Of a DNA stretch of 64,000 nt, positions 10,021-18,890 are shown one piece after another (position 1 is the stretch's first letter; every line of letters starts with the position of its first letter). The DNA is taken from contig JBFOMH010000013.1 in the NCBI GenBank assembly GCA_040830765.1, forward strand, positions 96,001 through 160,000, written 5' to 3'. The notes beneath the pieces are model-generated. The model saw nothing but the letters and a program-made list of their open reading frames with translations. It did no database searches and was not told the origin of the DNA. This DNA comes from Puniceicoccaceae bacterium. Its GTDB lineage: Bacteria; Verrucomicrobiota; Verrucomicrobiia; Opitutales; Oceanipulchritudinaceae. The position numbers and the translations under genes are program-made.

Positions 10021-10449
10021 TCATCTAACAGTCTGCAGCAGATCCCGGGCCTCGCGCAGGTGCTTGGGGACGATTTCCTTGCCGACCGGCATCAGGGCGG
10101 CCCCGGCCAGCTTGAAGTGCGCCACGCCAAACGGGATCCCAATGATGGTGATGAAGAAAAAGATACCGGCCAGGATATGGGTAATGGCAATCCAGATACC
10201 AGCAAAGATCAGCCAGACGACATTGAGGATGCCGGACAGCGCCGCACCGGTCATTCCCTTGGGTGAGCTGATCATTTGCTGACCGAAAGGAAAGGCGGAA
10301 AAAAGGGCGATCCGCCAAATGCCCGGGACAAAGGGAATGCCAATGATGGTTATGGCCAGGACAATCCCGCCGATGAACCATTCAATCGCCAGTAGCCATC
10401 CTCCCAAAAGAAACCAGATCACATTCAATAAAAGTGCCAATCCACGCAT
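10021..10449 (-). CDS. YccF-domain inner membrane protein
   Basis: Duplicated LNVIWFLLGGW..ITIIGIPF..PFG / LNVVWLIFAGIW..ITIIGIPFG. Confidence 0.9.
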   Translation of the reverse strand: MRGLALLLNVIWFLLGGWLLAIEWFIGGIVLAITIIGIPFVPGIWRIALFSAFPFGQQMISSPKGMTGAALSGILNVVWLIFAGIWIAITHILAGIFFFITIIGIPFGVAHFKLAGAALMPVGKEIVPKHLREARDLLQTVR

Positions 10450-10545
10450 GCCGGCAGCATAGCAGGCAGAACGGGAGAAGGAATCATAAAATCCGGCAAT
10501 TGCCACTCAACCCCTTAGACCCAGAGGCGCTATCCGTAATAGAGA

Positions 10546-10579
10546 GCGCCCCGCCGCGGAAGAATCCGCAACGGGGCGC
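10546..10579 (-). terminator. GC-rich hairpin downstream of the 1105-aa gene
   Basis: GCGCCCCG-CC-GCGGA AGAA TCCGC-AA-CGGGGCGC. Confidence 0.6.
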
Positions 10580-10604
10580 ACATGGAACAGTTAGCGGAGA
10601 CCGA

Positions 10605-13600
10605 TCAGACCCCGGATTCGTGGAGGTATTCTCCGGAGCTCAAGGAAAAGTACCAGCGGTTCGGCGTGGTCGTCGTCTCGAAGTAGTAGTACCACGTTCC
10701 TTGCCCACCCTCAAACCGGTAGACATAGGGCCAATAAGCCGGTGCGCTCCAGAACCACTCGCCAAGGGCATAGTCGAAGTAGAAGAAGGAATCCGGACTC
10801 GCCCCTTCCGGGATGTAGATGTTGTGCATGTTGAGGTGGAAGACGACCGGGAACTTGTCCTGGTTCATCCAGCCCAGCCACTTCGACTCGATCCAGCCGT
10901 CCTCGAAGACCGAGGCATCCGGCCAGAGTGACCCGCCGTAGGCATTGAGAAGGGCCCAGCCGGTATTGTTGTCCTCGTGGATTTCCGCGACGAGATTCTC
11001 CTCATCGATCACGGCATAGATACGTGCGTTTGGATTAATGATCCAAGGCACCGTCCAGTCCGTAAGAATCATGACAAAGGATTCCCGCGGAGCCATGCCG
11101 GGGATAGTCAGGACCGATTGCCCTTCCCCACCGACCATCGGGATAGGCGGGCGTCCGTCCTTGTTGTCGAGATAGAACCGGAGGCTGGCTGGTGACGATC
11201 CGCCCGGGTCGAGGGAGTAGTTATGGATACGGGCCATGACGTCGACCTTGTCACCGGCACGCGGCTTGGAAGGATTGACGAGGATGTTCCGCGTCCGCTG
11301 CACCTGATCCTGAGGGATGTTTGAACCCCGCTCGATGTCGTAGCGCCAGGGAAGCGTGAAGGCGAGGTCCGGCTGATGGGCATATTTCTGCTGCCACCAG
11401 CCCTCGTAGCCATCGCCGAGAACCGGGTCCACGGCATAGTCGAGGACAAGGGCCCCATTGGTTCCCCAGTAAAGGTATGGCGTGACCTCGTAAGTGGTGT
11501 CCCCAAGAATCCCGACATCGACGTTGCCGAAGTTGACCAGGACCGTGTGGTCCACGGAGACGGTTGTCTTGTGCGTACTGACCGTGGACCGGGAATAGTC
11601 CCCCTGGATGTAGCCACCCACGGTGACCCCCAGCGAGCCGGTGACAAACTTGGCAATCGGCAGTTCCACGGAAGCCTCCCGCTCGACCTCAACGCGCGCA
11701 CTGATGCTCATGTTGGTCGTCCGGGTCAGCTGGTTCTGCTGGTATTGTGACAGTTCCAGTGTCCAGGAAGAGGTTCCCTGGCCCTGCATTTCCCAGCTGA
11801 ATCCGGTGAAGGACGTCACCGGACTGGCGACCAGCGGGTTGTCGATCATCTCCACCGACGGGCGATAGGAGAGGATGTTGCCCGGTTCATGCGGCGTGAC
11901 ATACTCGGCCGCCCGCGGGCTCTTGGAGTTGAAGGTCACCAGCTTGGGGCGCTTCGGAACCACCGAGGCGATCGTCCCGAGAAACTCCCCGGCCCGGTAG
12001 ACCGGATATTCGAGGATATCGTAATCGGCCACCGAGGCGTAGATGAGATCATCCCCCCGGGCAACAAACTCCCGCGTTTCCCGGATCGTCGTGCCCGAGT
12101 TGCGGACCCTCGAGAAGCCTTGCCCGTATTTGCCGTCGAGGCTGGCCTTGACCCGTTGCTTGGCCTTGCCGATGGGAGTGCTGATACCGCCCTCCACTTC
12201 AACCGAGACGCCCGCCGAAATGGCCCAGTCCGCCCGGACCTCCGTCGAGACCTCCTGGATCAGTTCGTTCTGCAGGGTGTAGGAAGCATAGGTACCGCAG
12301 TCGCCGGAAAGGCAGCCGTTCACGTCGAAGACTTCTCCATTGAGAATATCGAAGTGCGTCGGGGGGGCATTGAGAATCATAACCGGATGGCCCAGCTCCG
12401 TCCGGCGGTAAATGGTGGGACGACCGAGACGGAGTGAATCAGCATCAATGTCCCCGGTAACCATGGCCACACAGGGGGGATCGTTGCTGCCGATTGAATA
12501 CATTTGAAAGTCACCGACGCTGACGATGTAGCTGCCGCCGGAGAGCTGTGCCGTGACGGAAACAACTTCCCCCTCCAGGTCAGCCTCGGTATCGGAGTTC
12601 AGGTCCGTGACAGAAACCCCGGAAGCAACCTGGATGTACTCGTTGTCACCATTCGTCGACGTAAAGCCAATCGAGCTCGGCTTGCCATCGATGTAAGAGC
12701 CATTGAGGTAGCGGGTCAGGGCACGGGCACCGCGTTTGCCCATCCAGCCCAGATCGTCGATGTTGTCGTAATTGTAGTCACCGGTATCGAGGGTCAGCGG
12801 ATACAGGTTGTTACCCAAGGTTGTTTCCATGATGAAAGGGAGGGATTGCGTGGCAACCAGGCCGTTCATCTCCGGATTCATGATGTAGTAACCGAGTTCA
12901 AAATAATTGGTCGCGCCCCCGGACCTGGATCCGATGGAACAGCCCATGGCAATCTCCTCGAGGCCGTCATTATTGAAGTCTCCTGCAGCCACTCCGAGAG
13001 CAAAGACCTGGTCGAAGGTCCGGCTGGTGGCATCCCAGTCCGGCTCCTCGATCTCGAAGCGGTAGGTGATAGATGTCTCGGCCTCCGGGTCAAAGTCATA
13101 GACCCGCGCAAAAACTTTCCGGTAGACTCCCGATGCCTTGGTCAAGTCCTGCCAGACATAGGCAAGGATGATTTCATCCCCATAATCTGTATCGAGGCTG
13201 CCGGCAGCGATGTCAAAACGGGCACTGTCACTCGCTGCCGAAACATCCAGGTCCGTATCGCTGACCATGCTGACGTCAGCAATGGAGCCAAGGACAACCA
13301 GGTCGCCTGACTTGCTGATTTCCGCAGCGATCAGTTGCACTTCACCCTCCCCGGCCCAGTAGCCAAGGATGAACTCAGAGGCCAGGTCCTTGTCCAGCTG
13401 GGCTGGAATTACCCGCATCAGGGAAACCGTCCGGGTGGACTTTTCCTCATAGAGCAGAGGAAATCCCAAGTCGCTCAGCATGTAGCGTTCTCCTGCGGTA
13501 AACTGACCTGTATTGGGATTGTAGCGGGGGCGCTGCAGGATCGGCTCCCGGTCCTCACCCTCAAAAAACACCAGCATGTCGTCGTGCATGTCCTTGTCCA

Positions 13601-13922
13601 GGTCCAGCATCGCCAGATCAACCACCGGGCTCTCGCGCTCAACGACCGAGCCAACGGGAATTTTCGCCCCGGGAAGGGATAAGCTGCCCAGCAGGGGATA
13701 ATCGTCCCCGTTGGGATCGTCATCAAGCAGCCGGAGCTCGATCATGCCGGAGGTCGCGTCGGCGACAGCGACGAGGATCTCGTTGGATGGGGCCAGGCGG
13801 TAGTTATCCGCAAACGGGTCCTCATCATTGAACTGTGCCAGGCACGCCGTTGTTCCTACCAGCAAGGGCGCGAACAGGCGTGACAAGCGTCGGGTCAGTG
13901 GGTTATTGCTTATATGTTCCAT
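10605..13922 (-). CDS. Large secreted protein: FG-GAP/VCBS-like repeats, two beta-hairpin regions, CARDB domain, C-terminal Trp-rich module
   Basis: About 7 DxD/NxD repeats (AAGDFNNDGLEEIAMG, AAGSLDTDYGDEIILAY...), YAVIDEENLVAEIHEDNN (CARDB-like), WLGWMNQDKFPVVF...YWPYVY tail. Confidence 0.8.
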   Translation of the reverse strand: MEHISNNPLTRRLSRLFAPLLVGTTACLAQFNDEDPFADNYRLAPSNEILVAVADATSGMIELRLLDDDPNGDDYPLLGSLSLPGAKIPVGSVVERESPVVDLAMLDLDKDMHDDMLVFFEGEDREPILQRPRYNPNTGQFTAGERYMLSDLGFPLLYEEKSTRTVSLMRVIPAQLDKDLASEFILGYWAGEGEVQLIAAEISKSGDLVVLGSIADVSMVSDTDLDVSAASDSARFDIAAGSLDTDYGDEIILAYVWQDLTKASGVYRKVFARVYDFDPEAETSITYRFEIEEPDWDATSRTFDQVFALGVAAGDFNNDGLEEIAMGCSIGSRSGGATNYFELGYYIMNPEMNGLVATQSLPFIMETTLGNNLYPLTLDTGDYNYDNIDDLGWMGKRGARALTRYLNGSYIDGKPSSIGFTSTNGDNEYIQVASGVSVTDLNSDTEADLEGEVVSVTAQLSGGSYIVSVGDFQMYSIGSNDPPCVAMVTGDIDADSLRLGRPTIYRRTELGHPVMILNAPPTHFDILNGEVFDVNGCLSGDCGTYASYTLQNELIQEVSTEVRADWAISAGVSVEVEGGISTPIGKAKQRVKASLDGKYGQGFSRVRNSGTTIRETREFVARGDDLIYASVADYDILEYPVYRAGEFLGTIASVVPKRPKLVTFNSKSPRAAEYVTPHEPGNILSYRPSVEMIDNPLVASPVTSFTGFSWEMQGQGTSSWTLELSQYQQNQLTRTTNMSISARVEVEREASVELPIAKFVTGSLGVTVGGYIQGDYSRSTVSTHKTTVSVDHTVLVNFGNVDVGILGDTTYEVTPYLYWGTNGALVLDYAVDPVLGDGYEGWWQQKYAHQPDLAFTLPWRYDIERGSNIPQDQVQRTRNILVNPSKPRAGDKVDVMARIHNYSLDPGGSSPASLRFYLDNKDGRPPIPMVGGEGQSVLTIPGMAPRESFVMILTDWTVPWIINPNARIYAVIDEENLVAEIHEDNNTGWALLNAYGGSLWPDASVFEDGWIESKWLGWMNQDKFPVVFHLNMHNIYIPEGASPDSFFYFDYALGEWFWSAPAYWPYVYRFEGGQGTWYYYFETTTTPNRWYFSLSSGEYLHESGV

Positions 13923-13957
13923 GAGACCAGCTTATCAACATCCGCATATTTCGGGAA

Positions 13958-13996
13958 TACCCCCTTGGGAGTATTCGACCTACTCCCTTTGGAGCA
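13958..13996. promoter_or_regulatory. Two NarL-type 7-2-7 inverted-repeat boxes
   Basis: TACCCCC-TT-GGGAGTA (13958-13973) and TACTCCC-TT-TGGAGCA (13981-13996) in the divergent intergenic region. Confidence 0.7.
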
Positions 13997-14035
13997 TGGC
14001 CGTGAACTAAGGTCCCTGTTATTCTGAGGAACACC

Positions 14036-17000
14036 ATGCTGACACGTTGCCGAACTATACCCTTTCGCCTCCTCCTGCCCGCCTGCCTGATCCTCGGCCT
14101 GGCCAGCCTCATTGCTCAACCGCTGATCGCCGGGGGGGCCTCTGAAATCGGGCTGTCGCGCATGGCTCATTACCCGCCGCACGCCTACAAGGGTCACAGC
14201 CAGGTCTTCCAGTCCGTGCAAGGGCCGGATGGTGTCATCTACATCACCAATTACGGAGCTGTCTTTACCTGGGACGGCGAACGATGGGGGAAAATTCCGG
14301 TCCCTGGAGCCGGGTTCCTCTACGGGATCTCCGTACTCGATGCGGACCGGTTCGCCGTCTGTGGCGTCAACACGATAGGATTGATTGAACCGGATGGCCA
14401 GGGAGGCTGGGCCTTCCGCTCACTCGCCCCCGACCTCCCGGAAGCTTACCAGGAAGGCCTTGGGGAAGTCTGGGACATGGCGGTGACCCCGGAGGGCCTG
14501 TTCTTCTTTACCCGTCGGGCGATGATCCGCTGGAAGGATGGAACGGCCAAGGTCTGGCCATTCGATACCGAGAAAATGATTTACGGATTCTGGAGCGGCT
14601 CCTCCATCTATGTGCAGAATCTTGATGATGGATTGTATCGACTGGATGGTGACAACCTTATTCCCGTCAGCCAGGATCCGTTGTTTAAGAAGCCCGGCCC
14701 GCGCTTGCTGGCCGACCGGGAAAACGGGGACCTCGTCATCGCTACCCAGAAGGAGGGCCTGTGGCTTTTCGATGGATCCACTCTCAGTCCTTTCGCGCCG
14801 GAAGCATCGGCCTACTTGTCTGAAGCGATCATGAACCGGGGGACCCGGATGGCCGACGGCCGCCTTGCGCTGGGCAGTTTCCAGGGAGGCGTGGCCATTG
14901 TCGACCCTGAGGGGAATTTCCAGATGCTCATCAATGAAGCCAGCGGACTGGCCAACAACACGGTGACCCACATCAGTCAGGACCGGGAGGGCGGGCTCTG
15001 GGTATCCCTGGCCAGTGGAATCAGCCGGGTGGAGGTTGATGGAGTGATCACCCGCTACAACCGCTCGGTCGGATTGCCCAGCGTCACGGTCACCGGTATC
15101 CTGCGCCATCAGGGGAGCATTTACCTGAGCTCCGCCGACGGGCTTTACCGCTTGCGCGGCGTCGAGCCACCGGAATTGCCCCGGTGGGAATTAGTCCCCG
15201 GGGCCAGCTCGGAGGTCAATACACTGGTCCCAAACGGGGAGGACCTATTTGTCACGACCAAGGGACAGGTCATTCGCTATGACGGTTCTGAAAGTGAAGT
15301 CGTGTGGGAAGATTTCGGGTTACTCCGGGACCTTCACCGGATGCGCTCAAAGGAAAACCATCTCATTGTCGGGGGACGCATCGGCATGGGGCTGATCTAT
15401 CGGGACGCGTCCGATGGAGAATGGAAACGCGCTGGACCGCTGCCCGGTTTGGAAGACCATGTCTACTCCATCAATGAGGATGCGAACGGGGACATCTGGA
15501 TGGGGACCGCCTTTTCCGGCGTGATTCGAGTCCGCAGCACAGGGAGTGGCTCCGACTGGCTCGAGAATGCCGAAATTACCCGCTTCGGGCTGGATTCCGG
15601 GCTTGGAGGGCTGGAGCATGTCTCTATCAAGTACCGCGATGGGCGGGTGGTGATCAGTCCTCCATCAGGGCCTCAGTACTTTGACGAGGAAAGTGGCCGC
15701 TTCATACCGGCGGAGGGCACCGCCAGCCTCCCGCCTCCGGAAGGATGGGCTTGGGATGTCGTGGTCCGCAACAAGACCCTGGGTGCCCTTGGTTCCGTCT
15801 ATCCCCTCACCGGGGCAGAGGACGACTTCACTCTCTATGTCGGCCGGCGCTCAATGGATGGAGACTGGACCTGGATTTCCCCCGACGTCTTTGAGGACAT
15901 CGGTGGCCTCCTCTTTCTCTTTGTGGAGGATAAAGAGTCGCCCGTCCTTTGGGCCGGTGGTTGGTCCGGTTTCCTCCGGTGGGAACTCAATAACGAATTA
16001 ACCGAATTAAAGTCCCCCACCCTCGATCTACGGATGCGGGAAATCCAGCTTCCCGACGGTTCACTGGCCCATGCCGGCTCCGGTCTGGCCAGCGACTTTG
16101 CGTTCCCGCACAGCCGCGGCAGCCTGAGCTTCCGGTTCACCGCTCCGGTTCACACACCCGGTATCAACCTCACCTACCGGTCCCGCCTCGAGGGCTATGA
16201 GGATGACTGGACGGATTGGATGGAGGTCCCTGAACGCGCCTTTACGAATCTCCCCGGTGGATCCTACAAGTTTGTCGCTGAAGTCCGGACTCCGTCGGGA
16301 CTGACGACCAGCGAAACGCTGGCCGAGTTCGACGTCCTGCCACCCTGGCATCAGACCCCACTCGCCTATGCCGGCTACGTCGCCCTTGCCGGGATCCTCT
16401 TCTGGGGAGGCGCCCGTCTCCGCCTCGCCGCCCTTCGACGGGAAAACCGGCGCCTCGAAGACAAGGTGGAGGAACGTACTGCTGAACTGGCTGAAAACGA
16501 AAAGGAACTCCGCAAGGCCCGCGATGCCGCCGAACATGCCAACAAGCAGAAAAGCCGCTTTCTCGCCAACATGAGCCACGAGCTGCGTACCCCCCTGAAC
16601 GCGATCATGGGCTATGCGCAGATTCTTGACCGGGATCCCGGACTGGACAGCCGCAACAAGCAAAGGGTGGGTATCCTTAACACCAGCTGCAACCTGCTCG
16701 TCCACCTCATCAACGAGGTTCTGGACCTTTCCAAGATTGAGGCCGGACGACTCGAGGTCCAGGAGAGTACCGTCAACCTCAAGCGGGCCGTTCATTCCCT
16801 CGTCGAAAGCTTTGGCGCCCGTGCTTCCCAGAAAAGCTTGTCACTGGAATTTACCGCTGGTCCTTCCGTTCCGGAATGGGTCATGGCGGATATCCGCAAG
16901 GTGGAGCAAATCCTCAGTAACCTCATCGGCAATGCCTTGAAATTCACCGAGACGGGAGGAATCAAGGTGGAAATGGAGGCAAAGGGCGAATTGCTCTGTA

Positions 17001-17905
17001 TTGATGTTACCGATACAGGTATCGGAATTGCCGAGGAGGAAGTTGAAGCCATTTTTGACGCCTTCTACCAGACCGGCGAGCAGCCCGGCCAGGAGCCGGG
17101 AACAGGACTGGGGCTGGCTATCTCCCGCCGCCTTTCCGAGGTCATGGGAGGGGGCCTGGAGTGCACCAGCCGTCTTGGCGAAGGAACCCGGTTCAGGCTT
17201 CAACTGCCATTGAAACCGGTTGAGGCCATCAATGCCCCCGCGACCGAGGAGGCAAGGCACCTGACTGGCTACAAAGGACCGCCCCGCTGTCTTCTCGTGG
17301 TCGACGATATTCCCGCCAACCGGGACATTGTCGTCGAGTTACTCAGTCCCCTTGGAATTGAGGTGAGGACATCCCCCGACGGCATGGATGCGCTGGCAAA
17401 GATCGAGGCTGGCGGCATTGATGTGGTGCTTCTTGATGTCCGCATGTCTCCCATGGGCGGGGAGGAGGTCCTCAAGCGTATTCGTCAATTACCGCAAGGG
17501 GATGAACTCCCGGTCGTCTCCTATTCGGCCAGCCTGATTGGTTTTACCCGCAAGGAAGCACTGGAGATGGGCTGCAATGACTGGTTGCCGAAGCCATTTT
17601 CCCCGGAAGACCTTTATGGCAAGCTGGGCCAGTTGCTCAATCTGGAGTGGGAGTATGCCGAGGCCGAGACCGCTTCGCCATCCGGGAGTGAGTTCACCTT
17701 CAAGGCGGGTGACCTTGAGAAGCTCCGTGCCCTTGCCTACCGGCGCGAACCGGTTGCGCTGAAGGAATGCCTGGACCAGATCCTCGAGAAGGAACCGGAG
17801 GCGAAAGTCATCATCAAGGAGTTACAGGACCTGGTCAGGAAATTCCGCCTCGCCGAATTGAGTGACACGTTGGATTCCCTGCAGCCCGGGGAGGAAGGGT
17901 CGTGA
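14036..17905 (+). CDS. Hybrid sensor histidine kinase (beta-propeller sensor, Y_Y_Y, TM, HisKA, HATPase, REC)
   Basis: GLANNTVTHISQDREGGLWV propeller repeats; YRSRLEGYEDDW..FTNLPGGSYKF; PPWHQT+TM; FLANMSHELRTPLN; NALKFT, DTGIGI, GTGLGL; VVDD..LLDVRM..KP. Confidence 0.95.
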   Translation: MLTRCRTIPFRLLLPACLILGLASLIAQPLIAGGASEIGLSRMAHYPPHAYKGHSQVFQSVQGPDGVIYITNYGAVFTWDGERWGKIPVPGAGFLYGISVLDADRFAVCGVNTIGLIEPDGQGGWAFRSLAPDLPEAYQEGLGEVWDMAVTPEGLFFFTRRAMIRWKDGTAKVWPFDTEKMIYGFWSGSSIYVQNLDDGLYRLDGDNLIPVSQDPLFKKPGPRLLADRENGDLVIATQKEGLWLFDGSTLSPFAPEASAYLSEAIMNRGTRMADGRLALGSFQGGVAIVDPEGNFQMLINEASGLANNTVTHISQDREGGLWVSLASGISRVEVDGVITRYNRSVGLPSVTVTGILRHQGSIYLSSADGLYRLRGVEPPELPRWELVPGASSEVNTLVPNGEDLFVTTKGQVIRYDGSESEVVWEDFGLLRDLHRMRSKENHLIVGGRIGMGLIYRDASDGEWKRAGPLPGLEDHVYSINEDANGDIWMGTAFSGVIRVRSTGSGSDWLENAEITRFGLDSGLGGLEHVSIKYRDGRVVISPPSGPQYFDEESGRFIPAEGTASLPPPEGWAWDVVVRNKTLGALGSVYPLTGAEDDFTLYVGRRSMDGDWTWISPDVFEDIGGLLFLFVEDKESPVLWAGGWSGFLRWELNNELTELKSPTLDLRMREIQLPDGSLAHAGSGLASDFAFPHSRGSLSFRFTAPVHTPGINLTYRSRLEGYEDDWTDWMEVPERAFTNLPGGSYKFVAEVRTPSGLTTSETLAEFDVLPPWHQTPLAYAGYVALAGILFWGGARLRLAALRRENRRLEDKVEERTAELAENEKELRKARDAAEHANKQKSRFLANMSHELRTPLNAIMGYAQILDRDPGLDSRNKQRVGILNTSCNLLVHLINEVLDLSKIEAGRLEVQESTVNLKRAVHSLVESFGARASQKSLSLEFTAGPSVPEWVMADIRKVEQILSNLIGNALKFTETGGIKVEMEAKGELLCIDVTDTGIGIAEEEVEAIFDAFYQTGEQPGQEPGTGLGLAISRRLSEVMGGGLECTSRLGEGTRFRLQLPLKPVEAINAPATEEARHLTGYKGPPRCLLVVDDIPANRDIVVELLSPLGIEVRTSPDGMDALAKIEAGGIDVVLLDVRMSPMGGEEVLKRIRQLPQGDELPVVSYSASLIGFTRKEALEMGCNDWLPKPFSPEDLYGKLGQLLNLEWEYAEAETASPSGSEFTFKAGDLEKLRALAYRREPVALKECLDQILEKEPEAKVIIKELQDLVRKFRLAELSDTLDSLQPGEEGS

Positions 17906-18840
17906 AGCGCCAGGGGACAGTCCTTGTCATCGATGATGTGCCGGAGAACCTGGCCGTTGTCTTTGATGTGCTCTCGAGCGCCGGTTACGAGGTTCTGGTC
18001 GTGGAAAGTGGGGAAATCGCACTGGAGCGGATGGAACTGATGCGACCCGACCTGATCCTTCTTGATGTCCGCCTGCCGGGTGCCGATGGCTTCAGCATTT
18101 GCCGCCAGTTGAAAAGTGAGCCGGAAACAGCCGAGATCCCGGTCATCATGATGACCGGCCTGAACGAGACCAAGGACATGGTCACGGGCTTCAAGGCAGG
18201 GGCGGTTGACTATGTCTGCAAGCCAGTGGCCCCGGAGGAAGTGCTGGTTCGCGTTGATACCCATATTCAGCTCCGGCGCCTCAGGATCGAACTCCAGAAA
18301 CGCAATAAGGATCTTCTCCGGGAAGTCCGCAGAAGAAAAAGGGCGGAGCGACAACTGGAGCAATCCCTTGATCAAGCCGTGCTGCTGATCGACGAGGAGG
18401 GATCCACCCAGTTTGCCACGGAGCGGGCGTGGGACCTCCTGTCCCGATTCTTCCCTGATGCCCCGCTGGCCGGCTTGCCACCTGCCCTCAAGGACTGGCT
18501 CGATTCAGGGGACGATCCAACCCACGAATTTGAGAACCCGCAGGGAATCCTCTTTGCCAAGCGCTTCTCCAGCACCACCGGAAGCGGCAGCGTCCTCAAG
18601 CTGGAAGAGCGGTTGACGGTGCCTTCCAGTGAACAACTGCAATCCCTCGGCCTGACCCCGAAGGAGGCCGAAGTCCTCTACTGGATGGCCCAGGGGAAAA
18701 CCAGTCCGGAAATCGCGACCATTCTCGAAAGCGCGCCCAACACCGTCAAGAAACACGCCCAGCGGATATACCAGAAACTCGGGGTCGAAAACAGGACCGC
18801 CGCAGCCATGCGGGCCGCGGAAATGACGAGCGAGAGCTAA
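17902..18840 (+). CDS. Response regulator, REC plus LuxR/NarL-type HTH
   Basis: VIDD..LLDVRLP..KP receiver; LTPKEAEVLYWMAQGKTSPEIA..TVKKHAQRIYQKLGV; GTGA overlap with kinase. Confidence 0.95.
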   Translation: MKRQGTVLVIDDVPENLAVVFDVLSSAGYEVLVVESGEIALERMELMRPDLILLDVRLPGADGFSICRQLKSEPETAEIPVIMMTGLNETKDMVTGFKAGAVDYVCKPVAPEEVLVRVDTHIQLRRLRIELQKRNKDLLREVRRRKRAERQLEQSLDQAVLLIDEEGSTQFATERAWDLLSRFFPDAPLAGLPPALKDWLDSGDDPTHEFENPQGILFAKRFSSTTGSGSVLKLEERLTVPSSEQLQSLGLTPKEAEVLYWMAQGKTSPEIATILESAPNTVKKHAQRIYQKLGVENRTAAAMRAAEMTSES

Positions 18841-18841
18841 G

Positions 18842-18858
18842 TCCCTTTCAGAAAGGGA
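18842..18858. terminator. Short hairpin between convergent genes
   Basis: TCCCTTT CAG AAAGGGA right after the stop at 18840. Confidence 0.4.
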
Positions 18859-18890
18859 ACCTGTTCATGCTCCGGAAAGCCTCGCTGAGC

